DNA of 64,000 nt from an uncultured Chloroflexia bacterium (GTDB lineage: Bacteria > Chloroflexota > Anaerolineae > Anaerolineales > UBA4823): positions 43,037-107,036 of the forward strand of contig CAWBGK010000015.1 in assembly GCA_963788305.1 (NCBI GenBank), in the 5' to 3' direction. The notes under the pieces are model-generated. The model did not search any database and was not told the origin of the DNA. It saw only the letters and a program-made list of their open reading frames with translations. Each line of letters starts with the position of its first letter. Position 1 is the first letter of the stretch. Shown here one piece after another: positions 20,230-31,338 of the stretch. A program made the position numbers and the translations under genes.

Positions 20230-22017
20230 TCAGCCCAGGCGGGTGCGTTCTTCTTCTGCGACCGAGGGTTCAAGCTTGCGGAAAAGCGGTTCGGGCTGGG
20301 TTAAACGCTGACCGGGCTGCAGCTGGCTCGGCTTCCAGCCGCCTGCCGTCGAAGCGGCAGGTTTGTAGCGCAAGACGGTGTGTTCACCCAGGTTGTCCTG
20401 GCGGGTCTCAACGAACTGCTCCCCGAAGAGCGGCTCGGGTAGCCCAGGAAGCGGTGGAGCCGCTCGCTGGAGAAAGGCAGGAATGGGGAAAAGAGCATCT
20501 TTCAACGAGTCGATCGCCCGCAGGGCGGTGTAGATCGTCTTCGCGGCAGCAGCTTTATCCTGCTTGATCTCTGACCAGGGTGCAGCTCGATCCAGGTACT
20601 TATTTACTTCGGATGCCAGGCGCTGGGCTTCGTTGAGCGCTGCCCGCAGGTGGACAGCTTCGAGCTGCTCGCCGACGGAGAGGAAGCCCGACTCGATCGT
20701 CTCGATGATCTGCCGGTCTTCCGGGCGCAGATCGCCTGGCTCGGGCGGGACACAGCCGTCCCAGTTTTTATACGCAAAAGAAAGCACCCGGTTGGCCAGG
20801 TTGCCCCAGGTGGCGACCAGCTCGTCATTGTTGCGCCGGACAAAATCGTTCCAGTCCCAATCGGTGTCTTTGCTCTCTGGCATGTTGATCGTCAGGTAGT
20901 AGCGCAGTGGGTCGGGGTCGTAGCGGGTCAGGAAGTCGAGCCCCCAGACGGCCCAGTTGCGGCTGCCGGAGATTTTCTGACCTTCGAGGTTCATGAATTC
21001 GTTTGCAGGTACGTCGTGGGGCAGAGTCAGGCGGGTATCCTCGCAGCCGGCAAAGAGCTTGCCAAACCATTCACCGGCGCCGATCAGCTGGGCCGGCCAG
21101 ATGACGGCGTGGAAGGGGATATTGTCTTTGCCGATGAAGTAGTAGGCGCGAGCTTGCGGATTGAACCACCATTCCTGCCAGGCTTCAGGCTGATCGGTTA
21201 TCTGAGCCCATTCGATCGCAGCCGAGAGATAGCCGATCACAGCTTCGAACCAGACGTACAGGCATTTTCCGTCCCAACCGGAGATCGGTACCGGGATGCC
21301 CCACTCGAGGTCGCGCGTGATGGCGCGGCCGTGCAGCCCATCTGCCAGGATCTGGCCGAGCGACTGGCGGAGCACGTTCGGGCGCCAGTAAGCCTCGCGC
21401 TGATGGAGAAACTCGACGATCGCCGGCTCCAGCGCGCCCAGGTCGATGTAGAAATGCTCGGTTTCGCGCAGCTCGGGGGTTGAACCGTCGATCTTGGAAC
21501 GCGGCTCAATCAGCTGGGTGGCGTCCAGCAGGCTGCCGCAGCCATCGCACTGGTCGCCGCGGGCGTTCTTATATCCGCAGATATAGCAGGTCCCTTCGAT
21601 ATAACGATCCGGCAGGAAGCGGCCCTGGGACGGGGCGAACCACTGTTTCTCGCGTTTGGAATACAGGTAGCCGTTCTTCAGCAGAGCCAGGAAAATATCC
21701 TGCGACACCTTGAAGTGGTTCTCGGTATGCGTCGAAGAAAACAGGTCGTAGCTCAGCCCGAGCTTCTGATAGAGCTCGATAAAACCGGCGTGGTATTTTT
21801 GGTAAACGTCCACAGCGGTGGTGCCTTCTGCGTCAGCACGAACGAGGACGGGCGTGCCGTGAGCGTCCGAACCGGAGACCATGATCACTTTATTCCCGAT
21901 CAGGCGCTGGTAGCGGGAAAAAATGTCCGCCGGCAGGTAAGAACCGGTCAAATTCCCGACATGGATTTGGGAGTTGGCATACGGCCAGGCAACGGCTACA
22001 AGGATGTTTGTGGACAT
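20230..22017 (-). CDS. metG: Methionine--tRNA ligase
   Basis: Intact 595-aa track ORF. It contains a P-x-A-N-x-x-I-H-V-G-N HIGH-type motif, a CYICGYKNARGDQCDGCG zinc knuckle and KISGSRNW (KMSKS-type). Confidence 0.9.
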   Translation of the reverse strand: MSTNILVAVAWPYANSQIHVGNLTGSYLPADIFSRYQRLIGNKVIMVSGSDAHGTPVLVRADAEGTTAVDVYQKYHAGFIELYQKLGLSYDLFSSTHTENHFKVSQDIFLALLKNGYLYSKREKQWFAPSQGRFLPDRYIEGTCYICGYKNARGDQCDGCGSLLDATQLIEPRSKIDGSTPELRETEHFYIDLGALEPAIVEFLHQREAYWRPNVLRQSLGQILADGLHGRAITRDLEWGIPVPISGWDGKCLYVWFEAVIGYLSAAIEWAQITDQPEAWQEWWFNPQARAYYFIGKDNIPFHAVIWPAQLIGAGEWFGKLFAGCEDTRLTLPHDVPANEFMNLEGQKISGSRNWAVWGLDFLTRYDPDPLRYYLTINMPESKDTDWDWNDFVRRNNDELVATWGNLANRVLSFAYKNWDGCVPPEPGDLRPEDRQIIETIESGFLSVGEQLEAVHLRAALNEAQRLASEVNKYLDRAAPWSEIKQDKAAAAKTIYTALRAIDSLKDALFPIPAFLQRAAPPLPGLPEPLFGEQFVETRQDNLGEHTVLRYKPAASTAGGWKPSQLQPGQRLTQPEPLFRKLEPSVAEEERTRLG

Positions 22018-22109
22018 TTAAGACCTCCGGTCTAAGTTTTCAAAAACTGTGTCAGGAGATTATCCTGAACGAATAAGATATTTCTAGACGTTGTTAATGC
22101 TTAAGCGAC

Positions 22110-22137
22110 AAAAAAGGCTGCCCGGAACGGGACAGCC
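22110..22137 (-). terminator. Intrinsic terminator hairpin in the rpoD-metG spacer
   Basis: The minus-strand RNA reads ggctgtcccg-ttc-cgggcagcc followed by UUUUUU. It lies about 95 nt upstream of the metG start. Confidence 0.65.
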
Positions 22138-22351
22138 TGCAGTTGAACCACATTATCGGAAAGGTCTCAGAAAAATCTCCGGGAGGGCTGCCCGTTCTCA
22201 GGGGCGCGGAAAGATGGCCATGCTGCACATCATGGCCATCGAATAACGAATGATTCCGTAGTCAGAACCCGGGCGTGTCATTTTCAGCAGACCTTTCTTC
22301 AATAGTATTTGAGGAAGTTTAATCTTGGAAATAGGATTTGTCAAGCCCGCT

Positions 22352-23520
22352 TCACGGCAGCTCGCGCAGAAGGCGGGCGCGGGACGGCTGGCGCAGCCGG
22401 CGGAGGGCTTTTCCCTCGATCTGGCGAATGCGCTCCCGGGTCAGGCCGAATTTCCGGCCGACTTCCTCAAGCGTATAAGCCCGATCCTGACCCAGGCCGA
22501 AGCGCAGCCGGAGGACGCGCGCTTCGCGGGGTGTGAGGGTTGACAGCACTTCTTCCACGCGCTCGCGCAGCATGTTTTCATAGGCGGCCTGGGCCGGGCT
22601 GGGTGAGCTGTTATCTTCGACGTACATCCCAAGCTCGGAGTCTTCGTCATCCCCGACAGGGCTTTCCAGCGAGAGAGGCGGCTGGGAAACCTGGAGGATC
22701 CAGCGCAGCTTGGTGATATCGAGCTCTAAATGAGACGGCCAACTCCTGGGAGGTGGGAGGCCTGCCAAGCGCCTGTTCCATCGATTGTGACACCTTGTAT
22801 ATCTGGCGGAGCCGGTCGACCATGTGAACCGGAACGCGGATCGTGCGTCCCTGGTCTGCAATTGACCGGATGATACCCTGGCGGATCCACCAGGTGGCGT
22901 AGGTGGAGAAGCGAAACCCCCGGTCGCATTCATATTTCTCCACAGCTTTCATCAGGCCGAGGTTCCCTTCCTGGATCAGATCGAGAAAAGGAACGCCGTG
23001 ACCGACATAGCGCCGTGCGATGCTTACAACCAGGCGGGTATTGGCTTTGATCAGCGCTTCACGGGCGAGCTGACCATCCTGGACGATCGTCTCCAGCTCG
23101 AGGCGCTTTTCCAAATCACGGCCGTTCAGACGGGCCAGCTCATCCCGAGCGATATCTGACCGGTCGATCCTGGTGGCCAGGCTGCGTTCTTCATCCATAT
23201 TCAGCAGCGGTGTCAATGACATCTCGCGCATATAAATGCTGACGGAGTCGTCATTTGAGAGGGTTTCAGAAGAGAGATTTGCTTTTGGACTTGAGCGCAG
23301 GCGGGCGCCGGGCGGTTCGATGTATCTCCTCGCCCCTGGTGACTTCAATCCCTTGCGAAACCAGCAGGGCAATCAGGCGTGAAAGTTGCCCATCCTTGGA
23401 ATTCAGCGCAGGATATAATTCCCGAATATCTTCAGATGTGATGAAGCCTTGGAATTCCGCCCGTTCCAGGAGCGATCTCAGGGATAAAGATTGGTTTGAT
23501 TCTTTATCTTCGTAGACCAA
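22352..23520 (-). CDS. rpoD: Primary-type sigma-70 factor (two apparent frameshifts)
   Basis: Track fragments 23266..23520, 22647..23372 and 22352..22933 are involved. Region 2 reads ..[36 protein letters not shown]... Region 4 reads ..[28 protein letters not shown]... Confidence 0.85.
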
Positions 23521-24104
23521 TTAGCGCCTTCCTCGATCGGGTGATGATGGCACTCGAGCGCATATTCTTTTCAACGAAGAAGCATCACATCTCAATCGAG
23601 AAGAGACTCCGAGCGAATCCTGCTGTGGATCGGAGGCTCCCCCGGCGTGTTCGCATGAAGCTTCGTTCCAATTTTCACCACAAACCGGGCAGAGACCTTT
23701 ACACTCGGGTCTGCAGACCGGGTTGATCGGGATCAGATAATATCATCTCATCCCTGAGGGATGGGGCCAGGTCGATCTTACCATTGTCCGGCAGGAGCAA
23801 ACCCAATTCTGCGGCGGAGTTCGGCGTGAAAGCATACAGGTCGGTATAATCGGTCTCCAGGTGCTGCTTGAACTCTTTCAGACAGCGAGCGCATTCGGCG
23901 TCGATATCTGCCTCCATAATAGATCTGGAGCAGCAAGCCCTGGGAAGTGCGAGTGACTCGCACGCTGCCCAGCAGATCCTCCAGTCTGAGCTCGGGAGGA
24001 AGAAGGATCGAACGGAAATCAAACGGGAATTCACGGACATATCCGACCGTTTGATGTGCGATAAAGCCGACGTTGAGGAGAAAGGGATTGTTTGAGTCAG
24101 ACAC
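23521..24104 (-). CDS. DUF177 (YceD-family) protein, apparent frameshifts
   Basis: Track ORFs 23778..24104 and 23699..24040 are involved. The corrected tail carries the family-typical CKGLCPVCGENWNEASCEH motif. Confidence 0.6.
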
Positions 24105-24306
24105 CAGCTTGATCAGTTTTGATAGCCTGAAGCATTATCAGCAAATCGGAAGGCTGAGATCCAGCTTCAAGAATAATTTGGATTAATTCTGCAGGTGGGC
24201 TGATTATAACATACCGACTTAAAGGGTATAACTGCTGCTCGCTCTTTATGTGCTGCACAAAACTTAATGATTTCTTAATAACGAGCATGGGTAGAGAGAA
24301 AACTCG

Positions 24307-24915
24307 ATGAAAACACAATCGCAACTCCTGATTGCAACCAATAATCCAGGGAAATTGAGAGAAATATACTCTTTGCTTGAGCTCGAAAACCTGATCCTGC
24401 TGTCGCCGGAACAAATCGGACTGCTCCTGGAAGCAGAGGAGACAGGCAGCAGTTATGCGGAGAACGCAGCGTTGAAGGCGAAGGCTTTTACCGACGCTTC
24501 GGGTTTGACGACCCTTGCAGACGATTCCGGATTGGAGGTCGATGCACTGAACGGCGAGCCGGGACTGCATTCAGCCAGGCTGATCCCGCAGCCCGGGGCG
24601 ACAGATGCCGATCGGCGCCAGCTGCTGCTTGGACGACTAATAGAACACCCACGACCCTGGACAGCAAGATTTCGGTGCGTGGTGGCGCTGACTGATCCGA
24701 GCGGAAGGACTGAATTCGCTGAGGGGGTCTGCGAAGGGGAGATCATCCCAGAAGAGCGCGGCGATAACGGGTTTGGTTATGACCCAATTTTTCTGATCCC
24801 AGACCTGGGAAAAACGATGGCAGAGCTTGAGATGCTGGAAAAAAACAAAATAAGCCACCGGGCAGCTGCTGTGAAAGCAGCTGTGCCGCTGATCCGGAGA
24901 TTCCTCGCAAAATAA
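24307..24915 (+). CDS. rdgB: Non-canonical purine NTP pyrophosphatase (RdgB/HAM1 family)
   Basis: Intact 202-aa track ORF containing LLIATNNPGKLREI.. and ..GFGYDPIF..SHR... Confidence 0.85.
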   Translation: MKTQSQLLIATNNPGKLREIYSLLELENLILLSPEQIGLLLEAEETGSSYAENAALKAKAFTDASGLTTLADDSGLEVDALNGEPGLHSARLIPQPGATDADRRQLLLGRLIEHPRPWTARFRCVVALTDPSGRTEFAEGVCEGEIIPEERGDNGFGYDPIFLIPDLGKTMAELEMLEKNKISHRAAAVKAAVPLIRRFLAK

Positions 24916-25056
24916 TCAGGATGTCTTGTGATATTTTCAGGATACGATATGATAGATATGTATGAATAAGCACGGATCCTTATTTAATTATCGATTGGGC
25001 CGTGATCACGGTGCGCTGGGCTTTTGTCGTGTCCGCGAGCCTTTGGCTGGCTTTGA

Positions 25057-26709
25057 ATGCTGATGGTAGATGGCTTTATCCTGGCGATTCTGGCTTTGTT
25101 GGGGATTTGCAATGTTGTGCTGAGCATTCTCGCTTCTGCATCCAGCCTGAATCCAATCACGCGTATAGCCAGCATCATTCTTGATTTTATATTTGTCTAC
25201 CTGTTGTTATGGTTCACAAAAGGCAGCGGGTCAGAGGTCCAATGGATGGCTTTTCTGCCGCTGATTTCGGCTGCCTTCTATTTCCGCTGGATTGGGGCAG
25301 CGATCGGAATCCTGATCAGCTTGCTTGGGCGTGAAGCTTTGGCTTTCCCTTTTGCTTATAATATTAACGCATTCTACGAAGCAGGAACAGCGCTGTTTGC
25401 ATACTGCCTGGTTGGACTTGGCGCGGCAACTCTCGGCACCCGCCTGCAGTCTGAAAACCGGATACTCAGCGGCGGTCGAGGTGGTTTTCATGAAAAGAAA
25501 GAAAAAAACAAGAGGCAGACTCTCTACGCGCTGGTCTCCCGGCTGAGCTCGACGCTGAATTATCAGACTATTCTGGACACCTCGCTGGATCTGGCTGCAA
25601 ACGCACTTGCAGAGCTGGATGCACCTGTTGATCGATTGGTCGGCGTGATGCTGCTCTTTTCAGGCAAGGATTCCAGCCTGCCTGAATTGAGGATTGTTTC
25701 CTCACGGCATATTCTGAGCACCGACAAGTTTCTTGCGCTGCCAGGGGAGCGAGGCGCCCTCCGGCGGGTCATTGAAGATGGAAAAACCATCCACATGCTG
25801 GATCCCAAGAACGACCCGGAGCTGGGCAAAATCATTGCACTGCACGAATGTCATTCGGCATACGTGCTGCCATTGCGGACCGGGCTCGACACTTACGGGG
25901 TTCTGCTCTTTGCCCATCCCGAACCCGACTATTTCAGTGCTGATCGCCGCGACTTGCTGAATATCCTGCGCAATCAATCCACAGTCGCGATCCAAAATGC
26001 GCGGCTGTACCAGGCGATAGAACAAGAAAAGAATCGGATGATGGAAATCCAGGAGGAATCTCGCCAGAAGCTGGCAAGAGACCTGCACGACGGTCCCACG
26101 CAATCTGTATCGGCAATTGCAATGCGGGTCAATTTTGCTCGCCGACTGATGGAGCGGGACCCGAAGAAGGCATCGGAGGAGCTGTTCAGGATTGAAGACC
26201 TGGCTCGCCGGACGACGAAAGAAATTCGGCACATGCTCTTCACCTTGAGACCGCTGGTTTTGGAATCACAGGGGCTTGAGGCGGCGTTGGAATCGATGTC
26301 GGAGAAAATGCGAGAGACGTTCAATCAAACGGTCGACATTCAGGTGGACCCGCATGTAGTTGAGCTTCTGGAGCTGGGGAAACAAGGGGTAATTTTCTAC
26401 ATCATTGAGGAAGCCGTCAATAACGCCCGAAAACATGCCAAAGCGCCCAATATCTGGGTTCGCCTGAAGATGCTGCGGGAAGGCTTAAGCCTTCTGGAGA
26501 TCGAAGATGACGGGGTGGGATTTGATAAGGGCGAAGTGGATGCTTCATATGAGAAGCGAGGCAGCCTGGGCTTGCTGAATATGCGAGAGCGCAGCGAACT
26601 TGTGAATGGTGTGCTCAAAATTGATTCGGCTAACGATCGCGGCACACACGTCCAGGTTTACATTCCATTGACTGAGGAAGCTGCGGATCAGCTGCGCCGG
26701 GGCATCTGA
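25057..26709 (+). CDS. Membrane sensor histidine kinase (TM region - GAF - HisKA_3 - HATPase_c)
   Basis: Intact 550-aa track ORF. It has a hydrophobic N-terminus, an H-box LARDLHDGPTQSVSAI and N/G boxes ..EEAVNNARKHA.. and ..DDGVGF... No response regulator gene is adjacent. Confidence 0.8.
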   Translation: MLMVDGFILAILALLGICNVVLSILASASSLNPITRIASIILDFIFVYLLLWFTKGSGSEVQWMAFLPLISAAFYFRWIGAAIGILISLLGREALAFPFAYNINAFYEAGTALFAYCLVGLGAATLGTRLQSENRILSGGRGGFHEKKEKNKRQTLYALVSRLSSTLNYQTILDTSLDLAANALAELDAPVDRLVGVMLLFSGKDSSLPELRIVSSRHILSTDKFLALPGERGALRRVIEDGKTIHMLDPKNDPELGKIIALHECHSAYVLPLRTGLDTYGVLLFAHPEPDYFSADRRDLLNILRNQSTVAIQNARLYQAIEQEKNRMMEIQEESRQKLARDLHDGPTQSVSAIAMRVNFARRLMERDPKKASEELFRIEDLARRTTKEIRHMLFTLRPLVLESQGLEAALESMSEKMRETFNQTVDIQVDPHVVELLELGKQGVIFYIIEEAVNNARKHAKAPNIWVRLKMLREGLSLLEIEDDGVGFDKGEVDASYEKRGSLGLLNMRERSELVNGVLKIDSANDRGTHVQVYIPLTEEAADQLRRGI

Positions 26710-26724
26710 TTATAGGATGAACGA

Positions 26725-27495
26725 ATGCCATCTATTGGAGATATTTATTACCATTTCAGTGGCGAAGGTGGATCAGGCCACAGACCCGTGGTGGTGCTGA
26801 TCCATGGAGCTGGAGGCTCGCACCTGCATTGGCCGGCAGAGGTGCGGAGACTACCGGGCTGCCTTGTTTATGCGCCGGATTTACCCGGTCACGGGAAATC
26901 TGAAGGTCGAAGCAGGCAGACAATCGGCGATTATGCTGAAGTATTGATCGACTGGCTGACTGAGCTGGGGATCCACAGCGCGTTTTTCATCGGGCATTCG
27001 ATGGGAAGCGCGATCGCTTTGACTCTGGGATTGGATCATCCAGAGCATGTTTCCGGGCTAGTCCTGATTGGCGGCGGCGTGCGATTGAAGGTCTCGAGCC
27101 AGTTATTAGATTACACGGACAGCCCGACGACTTACCTGACTGCCATCAAGACGCTGATCGATTGGTCGTTCAGCGAGAACACCCCAATCCGAATGAAAGA
27201 GCTGGCCGAGAAGCGGATGGCAGAGACCCGCTTGAGCGTGCTGAGCAATGACCTGCACGCCTGTGACGAGTTCGACGAAACGAACCGCATCGAACGAATA
27301 CGACGGCCAACATTGATCCTGTGCGGACGGGAGGACCGGATGACCCCGCTTCGCTATTCTCAATTTCTTTCAGAGAAAATTCCGGGGGCGGTTTTAAGGG
27401 TCATCCCAGAGGCCGGACACATGGTGCAGCTTGAAAAACCGCTTGCGGTTGCTGATTTGACGAGAGAGTTTCTTACCTCGATCAAGTATTTGTAA
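26725..27495 (+). CDS. Alpha/beta hydrolase
   Basis: Intact 256-aa track ORF with the nucleophile elbow GHSMGS and ..EAGHMVQLEKP... Confidence 0.75.
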   Translation: MPSIGDIYYHFSGEGGSGHRPVVVLIHGAGGSHLHWPAEVRRLPGCLVYAPDLPGHGKSEGRSRQTIGDYAEVLIDWLTELGIHSAFFIGHSMGSAIALTLGLDHPEHVSGLVLIGGGVRLKVSSQLLDYTDSPTTYLTAIKTLIDWSFSENTPIRMKELAEKRMAETRLSVLSNDLHACDEFDETNRIERIRRPTLILCGREDRMTPLRYSQFLSEKIPGAVLRVIPEAGHMVQLEKPLAVADLTREFLTSIKYL

Positions 27496-27503
27496 AAAGC
27501 ATC

Positions 27504-27532
27504 TTGCCGTTTTGGGATTGTCTGAGTATAAT
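27504..27532 (+). promoter_or_regulatory. Near-consensus sigma-70 promoter upstream of tRNA-Val
   Basis: TTGCCG, a 17-nt spacer, then TATAAT. The -10 element ends 12 nt before the tRNA 5' end. Confidence 0.6.
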
Positions 27533-27544
27533 CATTGGACGTTC

Positions 27545-27618
27545 GGGCGGATAGCTCAGTTGGTTAGAGCACTGCGTTGACATCGCAGAGGTCGTAGGTT
27601 CGAGCCCTATTCCGCCCA
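27545..27618 (+). tRNA. tRNA-Val (anticodon GAC)
   Basis: Hand-folded. The acceptor is gggcgga/tccgccc. The anticodon stem ctgcg/cgcag encloses loop ttGACat. The T arm is gtagg-ttcgagc-cctat. Confidence 0.85.
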
Positions 27619-27629
27619 CTCAATTGAAT

Positions 27630-27893
27630 CATCCGCGATGATCGGGACGAGTAGCCGAATCAGGAGCTGACAGGGAAAGGAGATCCATGACTGAGAATCT
27701 CCTTCGGCAGCCATTCGGAACAAAACCCCCCGTGAGCGTGATCCGGAAAGAAGCTTTAAATAAACAGCTTCGAGTATGGTGAGCGGCTGACCTCGTTACC
27801 GGTCATACAGAGAAGCTCTTTCAGGAGCAATCTGGGTGGAACCGTGTGAGTGATGTTGACTCTCGCCCCAGGATGGGCGAGAGTTCTTTATTT
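27630..27893 (+). promoter_or_regulatory. T-box riboswitch leader (Thr) with terminator, upstream of thrS
   Basis: Stem I starts GCGATGA..GAGTA. The T-box sequence AATCTGGGTGGAACCGTG is at 27829-27846. The terminator ctctcgccc..gggcgagag plus a T-run is at 27860-27893. The candidate specifier ACC is at 27725-27727, just 5' of the base helix 3' strand. Confidence 0.8.
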
Positions 27894-27910
27894 AGAAAGA
27901 GGTAAATCCA

Positions 27911-29701
<1,791 letters not shown>

Positions 29702-29716
29702 GTTTTTGATCGGATA

Positions 29717-29753
29717 TCAGAACCCGGGGGTTTGTTTGACCCCCGGGTTCTGA
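29717..29753 (+). terminator. Strong 14-bp hairpin after thrS (no clear U-tract)
   Basis: tcagaacccggggg-tttgtttga-cccccgggttctga. Confidence 0.5.
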
Positions 29754-29779
29754 AGTACATACGACATGCCAGCGATACG

Positions 29780-29808
29780 TTGACGATTTGCGCGTTCTTT
29801 GGTATTAT
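29780..29808 (+). promoter_or_regulatory. Near-consensus sigma-70 promoter for infC-rpmI-rplT
   Basis: TTGACG, a 17-nt spacer, then TATTAT. Confidence 0.55.
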
Positions 29809-29861
29809 CGTTGGGCTGTTAGATAAACCAGTTTGACTTGGTTCTTTAGAAGGAGCAAAAT

Positions 29862-30389
29862 ATCAGCGCAATTACATATCGGGTCAATGAAGCCATTCGC
29901 GTTCCCCAGGTTCGTTTGATCGGACCAAACGGCGAGAATATTGGAGTTGTGTCTATCGACGAGGCCCAGCGCATCTCTCGGGATGCCGAGCTCGACCTGG
30001 TCGAGGTCGCTCCCACCGCCGATCCCCCGGTATGCCGGGTGATGGATTTTGGGAAGTTCATTTACGAGAGAGCCAAGAAAGAACGCGAAGCCAAGAAGGC
30101 ACAAACGAAGATCGAAATCAAGGAAATCCGGCTGAGACCGAAAACGAATGAGCACCATCGCGACCTGAAAGTGCGTGATGCCCGGCGATGGCTGGAAGAC
30201 GGGATGAAAGTCAAAGTGAGAATTCGCTTCCGAGGGCGAGAGATCAGCTATCCCGAAATTGCCTTGAATGACCTGAAGGAAGTGGCCGAAGATCTGGCCG
30301 ACGTCGCAATTGTTGAGCAGGCCCCGGCTCTGGAAGGGCGAACCATGTTGATGGTGCTTGCGCCCGGAAAAGCAGCCAAGAAGAAATAA
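29862..30389 (+). CDS. infC: Translation initiation factor IF-3, probable non-AUG (ATC/ATT) start
   Basis: Track ORF 29916..30389 is conserved IF-3. The frame is open back to 29850 and reads ISAITYRVNEAIRVPQVRLIGPNGE. AGGAG lies 6 nt upstream of ATC 29862. IF-3 genes classically use AUU-type starts. Confidence 0.8.
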   Translation: MSAITYRVNEAIRVPQVRLIGPNGENIGVVSIDEAQRISRDAELDLVEVAPTADPPVCRVMDFGKFIYERAKKEREAKKAQTKIEIKEIRLRPKTNEHHRDLKVRDARRWLEDGMKVKVRIRFRGREISYPEIALNDLKEVAEDLADVAIVEQAPALEGRTMLMVLAPGKAAKKK

Positions 30390-30483
30390 ACTGCTGCGCT
30401 GATAGGATTTGAGGTTCAAGCTTAAGTCGACAGCCGCGGATGTGGGTTTGGTCCGCGGAATTTTGATTGAAAGGAGATAAACT

Positions 30484-30720
30484 GTGCCACGCAAGCAAAC
30501 GGATGGAAAGCTAAAGATCAAGACGCACAAAGCGACAGCGAAGCGATTCAAGATGACCGGTTCGGGCAAGCTGATGCGGACAAAGATCGGCAAGAGCCAC
30601 CTGCGCCGCCGCACTTCCAAGCGCGTCAAGCGCCAATTCATGGAGATGCAGCCGGTGAAAGGCCGCGGCATTAAGAAGACCGTCCGGCGCCTGGCGCCCT
30701 ATCTGGGTAAGAAGGATTAG
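30484..30720 (+). CDS. rpmI: 50S ribosomal protein L35
   Basis: Track ORF reading ..KIKTHKATAKRFKMTGSGKLMR.., with a GTG start after GGAG. Confidence 0.85.
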   Translation: MPRKQTDGKLKIKTHKATAKRFKMTGSGKLMRTKIGKSHLRRRTSKRVKRQFMEMQPVKGRGIKKTVRRLAPYLGKKD

Positions 30721-30864
30721 CCGTCGCTGGAGTGGACGTTGGAAACGGGCATTCTGGCTGAGTTAGCCAGGCCCTTCGATCAGAACACAGGAAAGTTGCG
30801 ACCGTTGGGTGCATTCAACAGGTAAATTCATTACCGGCGCTCAGGGGATCGCAGGAGGAAGAAA

Positions 30865-31224
30865 ATGACTCGTGTAAAAACTGGACCGTACCGCCGTCAA
30901 CATCATAATAAGGTCCTCAAGCTCACAAAAGGCCAATTTGGCACTCGCCACCGTTTGTTCCGGCGCGCCAATGAGGCGATGCTGAAAAGCTTGTGGTATT
31001 CATACCGGGACCGCCGGCAGCGCAGACGCGACCTTCGCCGGCTGTGGATCGTCCGGATTAATGCCGCTGCCAGGCTGAACGGCACAACCTACAGCCGCAT
31101 GGTCCACGATATGAAATCCACCCGGATTTCCCTCAATCGCAAGATGTTGGCCGATCTGGCGGTGCGGGATCCGCAGGCATTCTCAGCAGTCGTAAGCCTT
31201 GCTAAGACAGCTCAGACGAAATAA
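30865..31224 (+). CDS. rplT: 50S ribosomal protein L20
   Basis: Track ORF reading MTRVKTGPYRRQHHNKVLKLTKGQFG... Confidence 0.9.
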   Translation: MTRVKTGPYRRQHHNKVLKLTKGQFGTRHRLFRRANEAMLKSLWYSYRDRRQRRRDLRRLWIVRINAAARLNGTTYSRMVHDMKSTRISLNRKMLADLAVRDPQAFSAVVSLAKTAQTK

Positions 31225-31244
31225 GACACCGATATTTTTCAAAC

Positions 31245-31288
31245 AACGGACGGTGTGAGGGCAATTGCTCACACCGTCCGTTTTGTTC
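31245..31288 (+). terminator. Intrinsic terminator after rplT
   Basis: aacggacggtgtgag..ctcacaccgtccgtt followed by ttttgtt. Confidence 0.8.
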
Positions 31289-31338
31289 ATGCAGTCGGAA
31301 TAGGGGATATAGTATAATCCCTCGCGTTTGGAGGCGAA

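Noticed and set aside
22141-22160. Possible T-box sequence (aatgtggttcaactgcagg) upstream of metG
   Set aside because: It matches only the TGGT core. It lacks the GGGTGG..ACCGCG consensus and clear Stem I motifs, so I do not call it a T-box.
24097-24570. 157-aa minus-strand ORF
   Set aside because: It overlaps the 5' half of the conserved rdgB gene on the opposite strand.
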